DNA of 62,618 nucleotides, the filler included, from Globobulimina sp. (taxonomy: Eukaryota): NCBI GenBank assembly GCA_003354225.1. It is 21 parts of 21 records of this genome, joined end to end, with 100 filler letters (N's around TTAATTAATTAA, not from the genome) between each part and the next. Parts side by side here need not be neighbours in the genome. Positions count along the whole stretch, not along the records: positions 35,857 to 38,742 come from PIVH01004493.1; positions 38,843 to 41,727 come from PIVH01004494.1; positions 41,828 to 44,712 come from PIVH01004495.1; positions 44,813 to 47,697 come from PIVH01004496.1; positions 47,798 to 50,682 come from PIVH01004497.1; 16 more parts are not named here. The stretch is one strand, 5' to 3'. The position numbers were made by a program, and so were the translations under genes. Below, one piece after another: positions 37,210-49,073 of the stretch. Positions within the stretch are counted from its first letter, which is position 1. Each line of letters opens with the position of its first letter. The notes beneath the pieces were generated by a model. That model worked only from the letters and a program-made list of their open reading frames with translations, did no database searches and was not told the DNA's origin.

Positions 37210-38742
37210 ATGGCGTTTTCTATTGCAAATCCACAAGGAAGTCAAGCGTTAGCTAGAAATAGTCGCAAAGTATATGAAGGACCAATGCTTAAACAGGGCC
37301 GATACCACAGATCATGGAGATCGCGTTGGTTTGTTTTGTACAACACACGGAAATTAGCATATTATAATGATAAAAAAGAGTCAATCGCACTTAAAGCAAT
37401 CGCAGAAATTGATTTAACAAAAGTAGAAAACATAGTAAATGATAGAAGCAAAGATGTACAAAATAAATATGTTTTTGAATTAATAACCTCATCGCGTACA
37501 TTTTATTTAGCGTGTTTAGATATGGAATCTTTAAATTTATGGGAAAAATTTTTACTTGAAATGGTATTTGGTACACAAATCCACGTTGGCTGGCTAATAA
37601 AAAAAGGCGACAAAATAAAATCTTGGCGAAAAAGGTGGTTTACCTTATCCAATTTACGTGAATTGCGATATTACGAAGACGAAACCCAAAAAAAATACAA
37701 AGGCACCATCTCATTGGCAAATGTAAGCATTATTCGCCATGGCGATAAAGAGCAATACGGCTACGAGTATACCATTGAGATAATCACACCCGATCGGACC
37801 TGGGTATTAGTGACTACCTACCACGAACTACGAGAGCTATGGATGGAAAAGTTAGATGAAGCCATGTTGGGTGGCATCAAAATGAATTTATTATATCAAG
37901 GATGGTTATGGAAGTTTGCAAATACCGACGCCCCGACTTGGACGAAGAAATTCTACGGCATTGATAGCGAATCACTCAACCTTTATTATGTGCAGTCTTA
38001 CAATAAATTTAAACAATTTGCCTCCACTCTATTTTTTGATAAATCCTATTATTTGAAAGCTGTAGATACGCAATTACAAGGTACGCAAATTCGCACTTAG
38101 CCATACATATGCTATAAATATATAAATTATACACTACAAACAGGCAACTTACCCATTCGCAATTCCATTGTAGAACATTATGGCAATGATGATTCACAAT
38201 TCGATAATACATCGCAAAAATCAAATCCATGGATATTTCGGCTACGGAATGTGTTGGGTGAGCATTATTTTGCTGCCGATAACGAATTGGGAATGAAAGA
38301 GTGGATACATCACTTAAATTGGGCACTTGGTATGGGCCCAAATAAAGTGGTGGAGAAAGTCACCAAAGGAGGCAAGCCGGCTATGGACAATGTCAATGTT
38401 AATGGCAATGCTAATAATAATAATAACAACAATGACAATAATGCGGCTTATTATGATCATAATCAAGGTGGATATTTAGATGATAATTATTTGGACAAAC
38501 AAGATAAAATTGAGCAGAAAGACAATAAATATGACAAATATCGGCCACATGGTTTACCTAAACCGCCACCAAAAAGACAACCACCACAGCAACAATATGG
38601 CAAACAAGCACAAAGATCCATTGTTAAAATGCACAAACCAAAGAATGCAGACATTATTCTTACAATCGCCAATCAGACACAACCCGGACAACATAATAAT
38701 AAAGATGATGAGCCACAACCACCGCCGCCGGCTCAGACACAA
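37210..38742 (+). CDS. Tandem PH-domain protein (three PH domains), 3' partial
   Basis: EGPMLKQG..SWRSRWFVL, GWLIKKG..SWRKRWFTL and QGWLWK; intron starting at about 38082; Pro/Gln-rich tail. Confidence 0.85.
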
Positions 38743-39117
38743 NNNNNNNNNNNNNNNNNNNNNNNNNNNNNNNNNNNNNNNNNNNNTTAATTAATTAANN
38801 NNNNNNNNNNNNNNNNNNNNNNNNNNNNNNNNNNNNNNNNNNGATGAATCGTCGGATGATGATGATTGTGCAATGAATGTCATACATAATATTAATAACA
38901 ACGTTTTGATATTCATTAAAACAAATCCCATTGAGTTTGTCGGTTGCTTGTTGTTAGTTTGTACTTTAAACTCGACCGTTTCTTGAGCAGTGGTATGTTG
39001 ATTGGTGTTTACTTTTTGTTAGTTTGTATTTCAAACTCGACCGTACGAAAAAAGTTCAGTAAAAACTAATTGTTTCAAGAAAATATATCCTCCGGGTATA
39101 ATTATTAAATGTTAAAT

Positions 39118-41727
39118 TTACAAAACAAGTACTTTTTGTTGGGGTACATTTACATTAATTTGCATTTTGTCAGTTTTTAATCCACTTGATGCAACGGTTA
39201 ATATAACTTTATCACCTTTATTTTACATTGATTGTACTAAAACTCTTGCTTTACCATGAAATACAGAGCGTTGACTTGCTTTATCAGGTTCATGAGAGGC
39301 AGGATCGCCATTACTTACTCCTAATATAAATGCAACAGATTCATTATCAAGCGAGAAAGTGATTAAATTCTTTGAATTTGGTACAATTCGCATTTTATCA
39401 TCAACCACAAAAACATTTATTAATGCAACATCCTGGCCATCGCCAATTATCGTGTTATTCTCTGCAGTCTCACTATTATATGGATACTCCCATTCCAATA
39501 CAATACTTGTGGCTGAATCAGTTGTTTCTATTTTTGTGCTTGCCAATATCTTATTATTTACATCCAAACAATTACAACTTATCACACCTGCACTCCATCG
39601 CACATTTAATGCATAATATGCCAATGCGTCTACTTTTTGGCGTCCATTACTCACAGAATTATTATTTACAAACAACTCAACATATTCACAGTTTGTATAC
39701 ACACGCACTTGCTCTGGATTTGTATTTGTATCATTATTCCACGTATTGGGCATAATATATAATATTATCTCATCTGCAATATTGGTCCAAGCTGCCCTAT
39801 AATACCAATACATATCCTTTGGGAAACCGGCCATATCATTCACTCCAAAATGTGAATTGATATCAGGCCAACTATACGGAGTCGGTTCCCCTTTATAATC
39901 AAAACCTGTCCAATCAAACGAACCAATGATATACGAAGTTTCATCGACGGGCTTCCAACACCCATCAGGACACGGCACCGAATTCCAGGGACAATTCATA
40001 TAAGCAGAACAATGTCCAGTTGTGGACGACGACACATATTCATTTCTGTCTTGTGTACAGGAGCAGGACTCAGACGATATAATGGATTGAGTTGGATGTT
40101 GTTTGTGATAGGAATCCAAATCATAATTATAATTAGCACTCGCAAAGTCCAACACAGGGTTCAACCAACCGGCGCCTGCAATGGGTCGGTTATAGCCCCA
40201 TCCACTTTGATTATATATGCCATCATATTTTTGAATGATATTTTTAAACAGAACCACCACATTATCAATGCCTGAAGTGTCCTTTTGACAGCCGGCCTCA
40301 TTGCAAATGCTCCAAATAAGCACAGATGGATGATTCCGATCACGCAAAATCATATCTCTTTGATCGTCCATCCATTGCGGACTGTTGCCAAAATGTCGGT
40401 TTTCATCCCATATTAAAAATCCATATTCATCCGCAAAGGCCAACAGCTCCGGATTTGGTGGGTTATGAGACATTCGCCAAGCATTAGCACCCATATTCTT
40501 TAAGTGCTGCACTCGAAATCTATTTATTCGCTCAGGCGTCGCGATACCGGTACCACCAAAATCTTGATGATTACAAAAACCTTTGATTTTGACAGGCTTA
40601 TCATTGAGATATAAGCCTCGATTTACATCAAATACTGCTTTACGATAACCATAGCTTAACGACACAAAATCCATTTCATTATTTTGCGAATCGAAAATTG
40701 TTGCATTCACTCTGTACAATGCGGGACTTTGCACAGACCATAATTCTACGTTTGAATCAGACGATGACGGTCCCACTGAAACGGCTTTATTGGCGGCAAC
40801 AGCCACATTATTACTGGTTAATGTTTTTAATACATTGCCATCGGGTTTAATGATCTCAAATTTTAAGTTGACATTATAATCAATATTATATCGGTTATTT
40901 ATGGTTGCATTGATAATTAAATTGCCATCGCCAGTGCCATCCGCATGTACTGTGCTTACGGTTGCTGGCAAATATATACCTCCTGCTGGCTCGAAAAATA
41001 CTTTGCTGGCTTTGTTTAAAAATACGTTTCTATAAATACCACCGCCTTCATACCACCAACCTTATAATGACATTATTCATTAAATATAATATAATGAAGA
41101 TAATAATACATACCTTCTTCAGCTGTGGCATCCACAAATATTGACAATACATTATCGGAATTATCACCAAATTCCAACGAATCTGTGAATGCATCCAAGT
41201 AATAACGGAACGACGTATATCCACTTGAATGATTGCCTAAAAACTTTCCATTAATGAACGTGATGGAATTTCTATAAATACCATCAAAATCAATCCATAA
41301 TGTTGCATTTTTAACTTTCCATAATGTTGCATCCTCTCCTTTGCTTCCATACGATGTTGGTAGACTGAAATGTTTTCTATACCAACTGGTATTTTTTGGT
41401 AAATAGCCGTGAGAGCCAGAACGTGGTTCTTGTTCAGGTGTTGGATTTACAAAAGTACCATGCACAACAAAATCATGTGGTATATTTATTTTTGGCCATT
41501 TTGAATCATCAAAATTTTTTGTTGCTGCACTAAAATGACTTGGATCTGTATCAGGTGTATTGGGACGTGAATAGAATTGAGCCGCAGAATTTGATTTGCA
41601 GTCTGAAGTCCAACTAAAAGCGTTATAAATTGATATAATATTTCCAATTTCACATTGTCCGGATGACGTTATTTGGAAGAATGCGCACGTTGGGCTGGCA
41701 CAACACGCATTGGCACATCCATTGGTA
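39118..41727 (-). CDS. Glycoside hydrolase family 2 beta-galactosidase, 5' partial, with in-frame TAA near the 3' end
   Basis: FDDSKW..INIPHDF, WYRKHF, SGYTSF, WWYEGGGIYR, KGFCNHQD, RMSHNPP, RDRNHPS..WSICNE and WTGFDYKGEP; intron at about 41112-41061. Confidence 0.92.
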
Positions 41728-41827
41728 NNNNNNNNNNNNNNNNNNNNNNNNNNNNNNNNNNNNNNNNNNNNTTAATTAATTAANNNNNNNNNNNNNNNNN
41801 NNNNNNNNNNNNNNNNNNNNNNNNNNN

Positions 41828-43398
41828 AAGAAGAATTGGCAGAATTAGCAGTTTTATCATCATCCGGATCCTCGTCATTGTATACCGATAATAACGATAT
41901 TTACAGTGTACTTTCATGGCAATTAGGACATGAACGACTTGGTTCTGTATCTGACGGCGCAGCGAAGACAGAAGAAACATCAAATAAACGGAAATTCAAT
42001 CAACTAAAACGATATAAAAAATTATTTCGACAAAAAACATTGCCATCGCCACCAACAAAAAAGTATGGCGATGATAATGAATTAGTTACAAAACAGCTCA
42101 AAAATGATAAAGAATTAAAGCATTGTCACAGTACAACAAATTTAAATCAAACAAGTGATTCAAATCCATTCTCGATAAAGTTACAATCGCCAACAAATCG
42201 GAAGATCCGTTTTGAATTATTATTACACGAAAAAAACAACAAATCACGATACAAATTGATGGACATTAAATCATCAAAATGTATTTGTTCAAATGTTAAA
42301 CGCTTTGATGTCAAGAAGTTTCTATCAAAACATAGAATGAGTATCGATGACGAACTGCAATTAATTCAAACTATTCAGCATTACAAACAAGTAATGATTA
42401 GTAAAAAAATAGAGTCAGACTCATCATCAACAACAGATAATTGTCATGATGATGGTTATGATGAGGACGATGATGATATGAGCATTAATTCAGAAAATGA
42501 GTTAATATCAATTCAAGATTTTGATTTGTGTCATATTACAACACCGAAAAGAAAATACAATTACAACTCTCAGAGTATAATTAATGAAATTTATATGCGA
42601 TATGAAAAACATACCTCGCAAAACCCATATTTAACAAATTATGTATCACTCAGAGAAAAACAGCAACAAATTGAGAATTTTTACAGACACAAAGTGTGTG
42701 ATAAACAAACTGTAAATTTAATTGTCAATGTTTCAGAAAAGGATGTTCTGAACAAGTGGCGTTCAGGGAAAATTGGCTTGAAATCCATGAATAAAAATAT
42801 ATCGAAAGAAAAAGAAAACATACAAAATGTACAGAGTAACTTTCCACAAAATTCGCAGAAAATTTCGGATGAATGTTCAATGATTCCAACTACGAAAAAT
42901 AATATTAAACAAAATACAGAATTTGTTGATAATGGCGAAGAAGATGGATACATTTCAGATGATGAGGATGAGGAAGAACTGTCTGAGGATGATAGTGATG
43001 CTTCAATGGACTCCGACACATTGCAACAAATATTATACGAATCAAGACAGGCTCAGAAAAAGGCCAAAAAGCAAAGAAAACATAAAGTTAACAAGCATTT
43101 AAAAATAATAGTCTCCAAATCAAATAATAATTCCTCAAAAAGAAAGAAAAGTAAATCGTGCGCCACTCGAAAAAAATCCAAACGAAAGGGATTAAAGAAA
43201 AGGAAAAAAGTGTATATACCACGTTTTATGAAATCAACGAGTCATACACCACGGAAAAAAGCTAAATTAAAGTTATGCGACAGTGCCTCAGATATTGTTT
43301 GCAAAACGCCACAAAATGTAACACGAAAAAAAAGAAGGAAACTCATACAAAAGAAGTTTACAGCCAAGAATATAAAAAAAGAACCCGAACACCGATGA
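41828..43398 (+). CDS. Hypothetical low-complexity protein (acidic and basic tracts), 5' partial
   Basis: 520-aa open frame; no domain recognised. Confidence 0.6.
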
Positions 43399-43536
43399 CA
43401 CCATGCATTCGCCACAATATTTACGACTGCAGAAAAATAGTTTAACTAAAGCAGTACCGGTTAAATTATTGGACTTTGGTGGTAGTTGAGCGTCATTTTG
43501 AAGTAACGACTTGAAAATGAAAAACAGTTTTTTTTA

Positions 43537-44712
43537 CTAAACTTGAACTACACGATCGAGGACCTTCGGATGTCGCGCAAATCGTAAATGAAATTGTAAT
43601 ATTGACAGTGCCGGCTCCCATAAAATATTAAACATTTCAGCACCATTTTGTGAGGGTGCAATGGTTGAGAATTTATGTAATTTTTGTGATTTTTTTAATA
43701 TATGGATCCATTCGGATTTCTTAACGTCTTTAACCATATTTGTGGAAGCGTAGGGATCTAAAAAGAAAGAGGAACCCGATGACGATACACTATAATTATC
43801 ATTCTCTTTTGAAGGCGAATTTTCATTCTGATTGTTATGATTATCTTGAGGTGCACTATATTCATATTCATATTCGTCATAATCACTCATATTTTCATCA
43901 AAAATCTCTTTAAAATTACCGGATCTCACTTTGATTTCGTTTTTTGTAATTGATTTATAGATTTTTTGTAGATATTTATCAGGAAAATCTTCCCCGTCGT
44001 TGACCCCTTGCAAATTGCGTTGATAATTTTCAAATGTCATTTTATTTTTAATTTGTTTATTATGTGCATCGGTATTTAACTGAATCATAGAATATGATAA
44101 TAAAAAGGCGGCGTCTTTGGATTTCAAAGGTGATATTTCTTTATCGAAATCATTAAATAGTTTAAAACTGAAATTTTCAATAATTCTCTCAATTTGCTGC
44201 GCTTCGCCCCGTAAAACAAATGATTCTAAAAACATTCTCATTGCTTCATCGGGTGACATATTTGAAAAATCAAACAAATTAACATATGCATCTAAGACCA
44301 ATGTATTAAAATCTTTTTTCTTACCGAGGAATTCGCCTATTTTGGTTTTATCCAAATATGGATTTGTAAATAAAAACTGTGCCACATCGAATTCATTCAA
44401 ATCGTTTCCTTGTGTTTTTAATGTAGTATTAAAACAGCGAGCTGATAATTTTAATTTTCGTTTTTCTTTTTGTTGTTCAGTAATCTCAAAATATTCTTCT
44501 TTTTCCTCCTTATTCACTACGCTCATCTTTGTTTTGTCGACAATAAATTTCCTCGCAATGCAATCAATGATTGCTAATATCCCTTCGGCCGCAATTAAAT
44601 GCAGATTGTTGTTACTATTCTGATTATCGGCGTTATTATCCGTTGCTTTATTTAATAAAAAATTGCATAAATCCTCAAATAAATGGGTGGACATTGGGTG
44701 ACAGTCATAATT
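43537..44712 (-). CDS. Sec7-domain ARF guanine-nucleotide exchange factor (GBF/BIG type), internal fragment
   Basis: LDKTKIGEFLG, FVLRGEAQQIER (Glu finger) and LSYSMIQLNTDAHN..IKNKMT. Confidence 0.9.
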   Translation of the reverse strand, partial: NYDCHPMSTHLFEDLCNFLLNKATDNNADNQNSNNNLHLIAAEGILAIIDCIARKFIVDKTKMSVVNKEEKEEYFEITEQQKEKRKLKLSARCFNTTLKTQGNDLNEFDVAQFLFTNPYLDKTKIGEFLGKKKDFNTLVLDAYVNLFDFSNMSPDEAMRMFLESFVLRGEAQQIERIIENFSFKLFNDFDKEISPLKSKDAAFLLSYSMIQLNTDAHNKQIKNKMTFENYQRNLQGVNDGEDFPDKYLQKIYKSITKNEIKVRSGNFKEIFDENMSDYDEYEYEYSAPQDNHNNQNENSPSKENDNYSVSSSGSSFFLDPYASTNMVKDVKKSEWIHILKKSQKLHKFSTIAPSQNGAEMFNILWEPALSILQFHLRFARHPKVLDRVVQV

Positions 44713-45092
44713 NNNNNNNNNNNNNNNNNNNNNNNNNNNNNNNNNNNNNNNNNNNNTTAATTAATTAANNNNNNNNNNNNNNNNNNNNNNNNNNNNNNNN
44801 NNNNNNNNNNNNGAGAAGATAATTTAGTATTTGATCCAAATGACGATACGTTTAGACCATGGCAACCAAAATCATCTTTTGTTGAATTGAATGCTGATAA
44901 ATGACTATGGAAATATAATGAGTTTTGAATGAATGTGAACGTTGCTATTATGATGATTCAATTGATCAACTTGCTGTTTTTTCACTTGAATACAACACCT
45001 CCTCCCAAAAATATATACTTTAGAATCATATGGATAATGTATACAATTGCAGTGCAAGGATAATGTATACAATTTCAAAAGAAAGTAATTAA

Positions 45093-46753
45093 TTAATACT
45101 GTACATGAGTGACATAACCACACATCACAATATCTGCTTGATTATGCACAACAATTTTTGCATATCTTTCAAATTGTTGTCTAGTTGTAACTGTTAATGG
45201 TTCATTACCGTTTGGTAACAATTCAATGTTAGCTTTATCTCCAGCATCACAAAAAGATGGATACATTTCCTTCTTTTGAGTGGATATATTTCCAGATATT
45301 TTCCAATTAATTTGTATCATTTTACAACATGCTCTTCGAGTACCAACATAAACCAATGGATGATAAAAATTGCAGCGACCACCTTTACAATACAAACTAT
45401 TCGGATGTTTTAATACCGACACTGTAACATTAAAACTCCGAATTTGTTTTGATATCTGTCCATACAAAATATCACTTCTACCATTAAATCCATCAGGAAT
45501 GCATAACATAATATCATTTTTATGAAAGTCCTTGGTTAACCCTTCTATTTTAATCCCCACACAATCACCATATTGTGCATACAGCCTATTATTGTCATTA
45601 TTCATTCCAATCGCTTGTACAATCCCCGTTGCACCGGATTTAGGATGAAACAAAACCTTTTCACCAATTCGAACAGATCCTCGTTCAACTTTGCCCAAAA
45701 AGAAGTTGTTACAAAATTGGAACCTCTTAAAAATAGATACAATGCCGCTGCCAGATATTTGTTTCGATTGAGCTGCAGTCAAAACAGGAAACTCGACAAA
45801 GTGTTCCAGTGCGTCATACAATGTATACCCGCGACTGCTATCCCTAGCGCCAATTTCAAATCCTTTATACCAAGGCATTAAACTTGCTTTTCCCCGAATA
45901 TTAGCTCCAAGCCAACCACATGTTGGTATAAATAAAATATTGCTCATAGTATATCCAATTTGCTTTAATTAATATTCTTGTCAATTCTGTTCTGCATTCA
46001 ACATATCTCTCTTCTGCATAATTAACACTTCGGGCATCCATTTTATTAATACAAACTATCAACTGTTTAACTCCAACATTCATGCATTTCTGCACATGAA
46101 TTCGTGCCATTCCTGTAACTGAACCCCATAGACGATGGCCGGGGAGGTTTGAAATATTTGTTTCAAACTCACCGAGTGCTGCAGAAACGACTAATATGGC
46201 AACATCTGCTAATGCTATGTACTTGGATGCGTTTTTAATAAAGTCTCTGTGTCCGGGAATATCGTGAATGAAAAAGTTGTTCGATTCTGTTTGGAATGAA
46301 TGAGTGGAGCCAGTTATAGAAATGCCACGTTCTCGTTCTTGCTTAATTTTGTCACAGATGAATGCGAAAGTAAATGATTCTTTGCCAAGGTCTCTAGCTA
46401 TATTTGAAAAGGAAGAGTATGTATTTTTATGGGTTTGTTGTAACGTACATACCAATATGTCGAATTTCATTCAATTCCTCGTTAGATATTGCTCCAGTGT
46501 CATATAATAATCTTCCAAGCATTGTTGATTTACCACAATCAACATGGCCAAGCATTGCGATTGACAATGTGTTGGATTTAACGTATTTGTAAATGATTTC
46601 ATATAATGAAAGTGGCATAATTTGGGAGATTGCAAAAGTTTTAAAACAATCTCGAATGTATCCATATGTTACTAAAGTGAGACTGTTATAATTTAATTGT
46701 ATTTCTTGTTGTAATTTAATGTTATCACCATCAAGGTTGCTTGAATTGGACAT
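45093..46753 (-). pseudogene. Divergent EF-1alpha/EFL-family translational GTPase with a frameshift
   Basis: GHVDCGKST, FAFICDKIKQERERGISI, DIPGHRDFIKN, NKMD and CKMIQINWK; intron 46452-46398; frame change at TTAATTAA 45965-45972. Confidence 0.75.
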
Positions 46754-46917
46754 GTTAAAATTAACAAGGTTGAAAACGGATAACCCCACACTGTGTTTTT
46801 TTTGTTATCGGATTTCGACTTTTGCTATGATCCGGATTTCGGTTTTTTAGGGGGTAGACAAGATCTATTTATGTATTGAACAACAGATTCACTTCAACAT
46901 ATAATTCCAGCCAAATT

Positions 46918-47697
46918 TTAACAATTCTCCATTTCAAATAAATACTCACGACAAACAATGGTATGCTTGTGAACAATTTTCTTATTTAATTGCTTATATT
47001 CTTCCAATGATGGAATATATAATGATCCATTCTCTTCCATTATTCCGACATACTCCATAATTGTTACTGATAAAGAGCCAAAAAATGTGTTCAACATAGC
47101 AAATATCATCATATATTCATGAATATGATTATGATATATTCCAACATTTTCCATATTCACACGTTCTAAATTTGCAATATGCAAAGACTGGCAATCATAC
47201 CAAATGCGAATCAATTTATATTCATCAATGCATAAATATGATAACATTGCTAATAACATTATATAAGTTAACAATATCCATAACTTAAAATCTGACACAT
47301 AGTCCACAGCGTAAAATGTATGCTCTGTTATGAATACATAGAAATACATTACAAATAATACAAACGGTAATATTCCTGCCACGATACAGGTGGATAAAAT
47401 AAATATTGGCAGTATAACAAGTAAGCCACACAACTCCCAAATTATATAAATAAAATCTTTACATTTGAATTGGAATTGTTCCGTTACAAAATCATAAAAA
47501 TGCAACAATTTCGAATCGTGCTTTATGTCAAATGCAAAAAACGTCAAATATTTCAAAAAACGCATTACAAAAAATTTTAAAAATCTATATTTTTGCGTCA
47601 GGACAGGTGGCTCTATCTTTTCTTTCATAACAATGCGTCTTACATTGTCATCAAATTGGCCATAACTCGCACTCAAACATTGTAAAATATACAATCT
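46918..47697 (-). CDS. Hypothetical membrane protein, 5' partial
   Basis: 258-aa ORF with hydrophobic helices. Confidence 0.55.
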   Translation of the reverse strand, partial: RLYILQCLSASYGQFDDNVRRIVMKEKIEPPVLTQKYRFLKFFVMRFLKYLTFFAFDIKHDSKLLHFYDFVTEQFQFKCKDFIYIIWELCGLLVILPIFILSTCIVAGILPFVLFVMYFYVFITEHTFYAVDYVSDFKLWILLTYIMLLAMLSYLCIDEYKLIRIWYDCQSLHIANLERVNMENVGIYHNHIHEYMMIFAMLNTFFGSLSVTIMEYVGIMEENGSLYIPSLEEYKQLNKKIVHKHTIVCREYLFEMENC

Positions 47698-47797
47698 NNN
47701 NNNNNNNNNNNNNNNNNNNNNNNNNNNNNNNNNNNNNNNNNTTAATTAATTAANNNNNNNNNNNNNNNNNNNNNNNNNNNNNNNNNNNNNNNNNNNN

Positions 47798-47857
47798 GGT
47801 TCTGGAGATTGGGGAATAAAGACTATGATTAGTACCGAAGGAGTAGTTATTGAATAA
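47798..47857 (+). CDS. 3' end of a bacterial gene
   Basis: GSGDWGIKTMISTEGVVIE-stop from the contig edge, followed by a strong hairpin. Confidence 0.4.
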   Translation, partial: GSGDWGIKTMISTEGVVIE

Positions 47858-47889
47858 CATGATTTAGGATATTTTTAAAATAGGAATGA

Positions 47890-47918
47890 ATAAGGCAGGT
47901 TATTATAACCTGCCTTAT
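47890..47918. terminator. Perfect 13-bp stem-loop, likely intrinsic terminator
   Basis: ATAAGGCAGGTTA-TTA-TAACCTGCCTTAT, about 30 bp after a stop codon. Confidence 0.65.
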
Positions 47919-48200
47919 CAGTTTCATTATCCGTGTTTTAGCACAAATATTTGATGTGACTTTTTAGATTCAGCTTTATTGGAGAATAGCAGGAATAGAG
48001 AATATAAGATCCTATTCAACTTACTACATACTAAAGTTTACTTGGTATAGAACTAAACCGCTTCGCGGCGGCTCCCACCTCAACGACGCAGTCATTTTTA
48101 GACACATTCAACCATTTAACTTTTCTTTTAAATCCCAAATAATATCATAAGTTCCGATATCTCCTCTATGTTTTATTAATCCAAAAAGAGGAGAACCAGT

Positions 48201-49073
48201 ATGACGCCGTTAAGACAAAAGATGATCAATGACATGAAGCTTCGTAGATTTGCCATTAGCACCCAGAACCTTTATATCCATGCAGTTAAAGGACTCGTAA
48301 AATATTATCACCGCTCTCCTGATCTCATCAGTGAAGAAGAAGCCCATTATTATTTGCTTTATCTTCAGGAAGAAAGAAAACTAGAGTGGGGAAGCTGTAA
48401 TTGTATGGCAGCAGGATTGAATTTTTTTTATAAAACAACACTGCAGTATGACAATATCCGATTCAAAATTCCTAAAAGAAAACAAACAAGAAAACTTCCC
48501 ACTATATTCAGTCGGCCTGATTTAAAAAGACTTTTTAAAGCAGCAGATACTTTAAGAAATCGCGTTATGCTTATCACCGCATATTCTGCCGGGTTGCGTT
48601 TAAGTGAACTTGTATCATTAAAGCCTGAACATATTGAATCGGGTCGTAAACTGATCAGGGTTGAACAGGGCAAAGGCAATAAGGACCGCTATACCCTGTT
48701 ATCTGATAAACTGCTAAAAGAATTAAAGATCTATTGGAAGCGGTATCATCCAAAAGAATATCTATTTTATCCTACAGGTAATCCACACAAGCCATTAGGC
48801 AAAAATATGGCTTATCGGGTGTTTATCAAGGCAAAGAAAAAAGCTGGACTTACTATTGGCAGAGGTATTCATTCGCTGAGGCATTCCTTTGCAACCCACC
48901 TTCTTGAAGACGGTGTTGATTTGTATTCAATAAAAACTTTTTTGGGGCATAGTTCTATCTCAACTACCATGATTTATTTACGCCTTACTGCAAATGGTAT
49001 CAAAAAGATAAAAAGCCCATTTGACAGGCATGGATCAGCGATTGTGGAGGTGCCGGATGGTAAAGATAGCTAA
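48201..49073 (+). CDS. Tyrosine recombinase / phage integrase family with N-terminal SAM-like domain
   Basis: AGLRLSE (R), GKGNKDR (K), HSLRHSFATHLLE (HxxR) and LGHSSISTTMIY (H, Y); RBS GAGGAG at 48188-48193. Confidence 0.96.
   Translation: MTPLRQKMINDMKLRRFAISTQNLYIHAVKGLVKYYHRSPDLISEEEAHYYLLYLQEERKLEWGSCNCMAAGLNFFYKTTLQYDNIRFKIPKRKQTRKLPTIFSRPDLKRLFKAADTLRNRVMLITAYSAGLRLSELVSLKPEHIESGRKLIRVEQGKGNKDRYTLLSDKLLKELKIYWKRYHPKEYLFYPTGNPHKPLGKNMAYRVFIKAKKKAGLTIGRGIHSLRHSFATHLLEDGVDLYSIKTFLGHSSISTTMIYLRLTANGIKKIKSPFDRHGSAIVEVPDGKDS

Noticed and set aside
38951-39044. Two 29-bp partly palindromic direct repeats (TTGTTAGTTTGTAyTTyAAACTCGACCGT) separated by 36 bp, CRISPR-like geometry
   Set aside because: Only two imperfect copies, in a eukaryotic intergenic region with no cas genes; more likely a local duplication or promoter motif.
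39223-39225. Possible TAA-to-Gln genetic code reassignment
   Set aside because: Single case; many genes here terminate at TAA and long ORFs are free of in-frame TAA/TAG.
49021-49056. Longer TTG start for the transposase given in the ORF track
   Set aside because: ATG 49057 has a well-placed GGAGGT Shine-Dalgarno and is the more plausible start.
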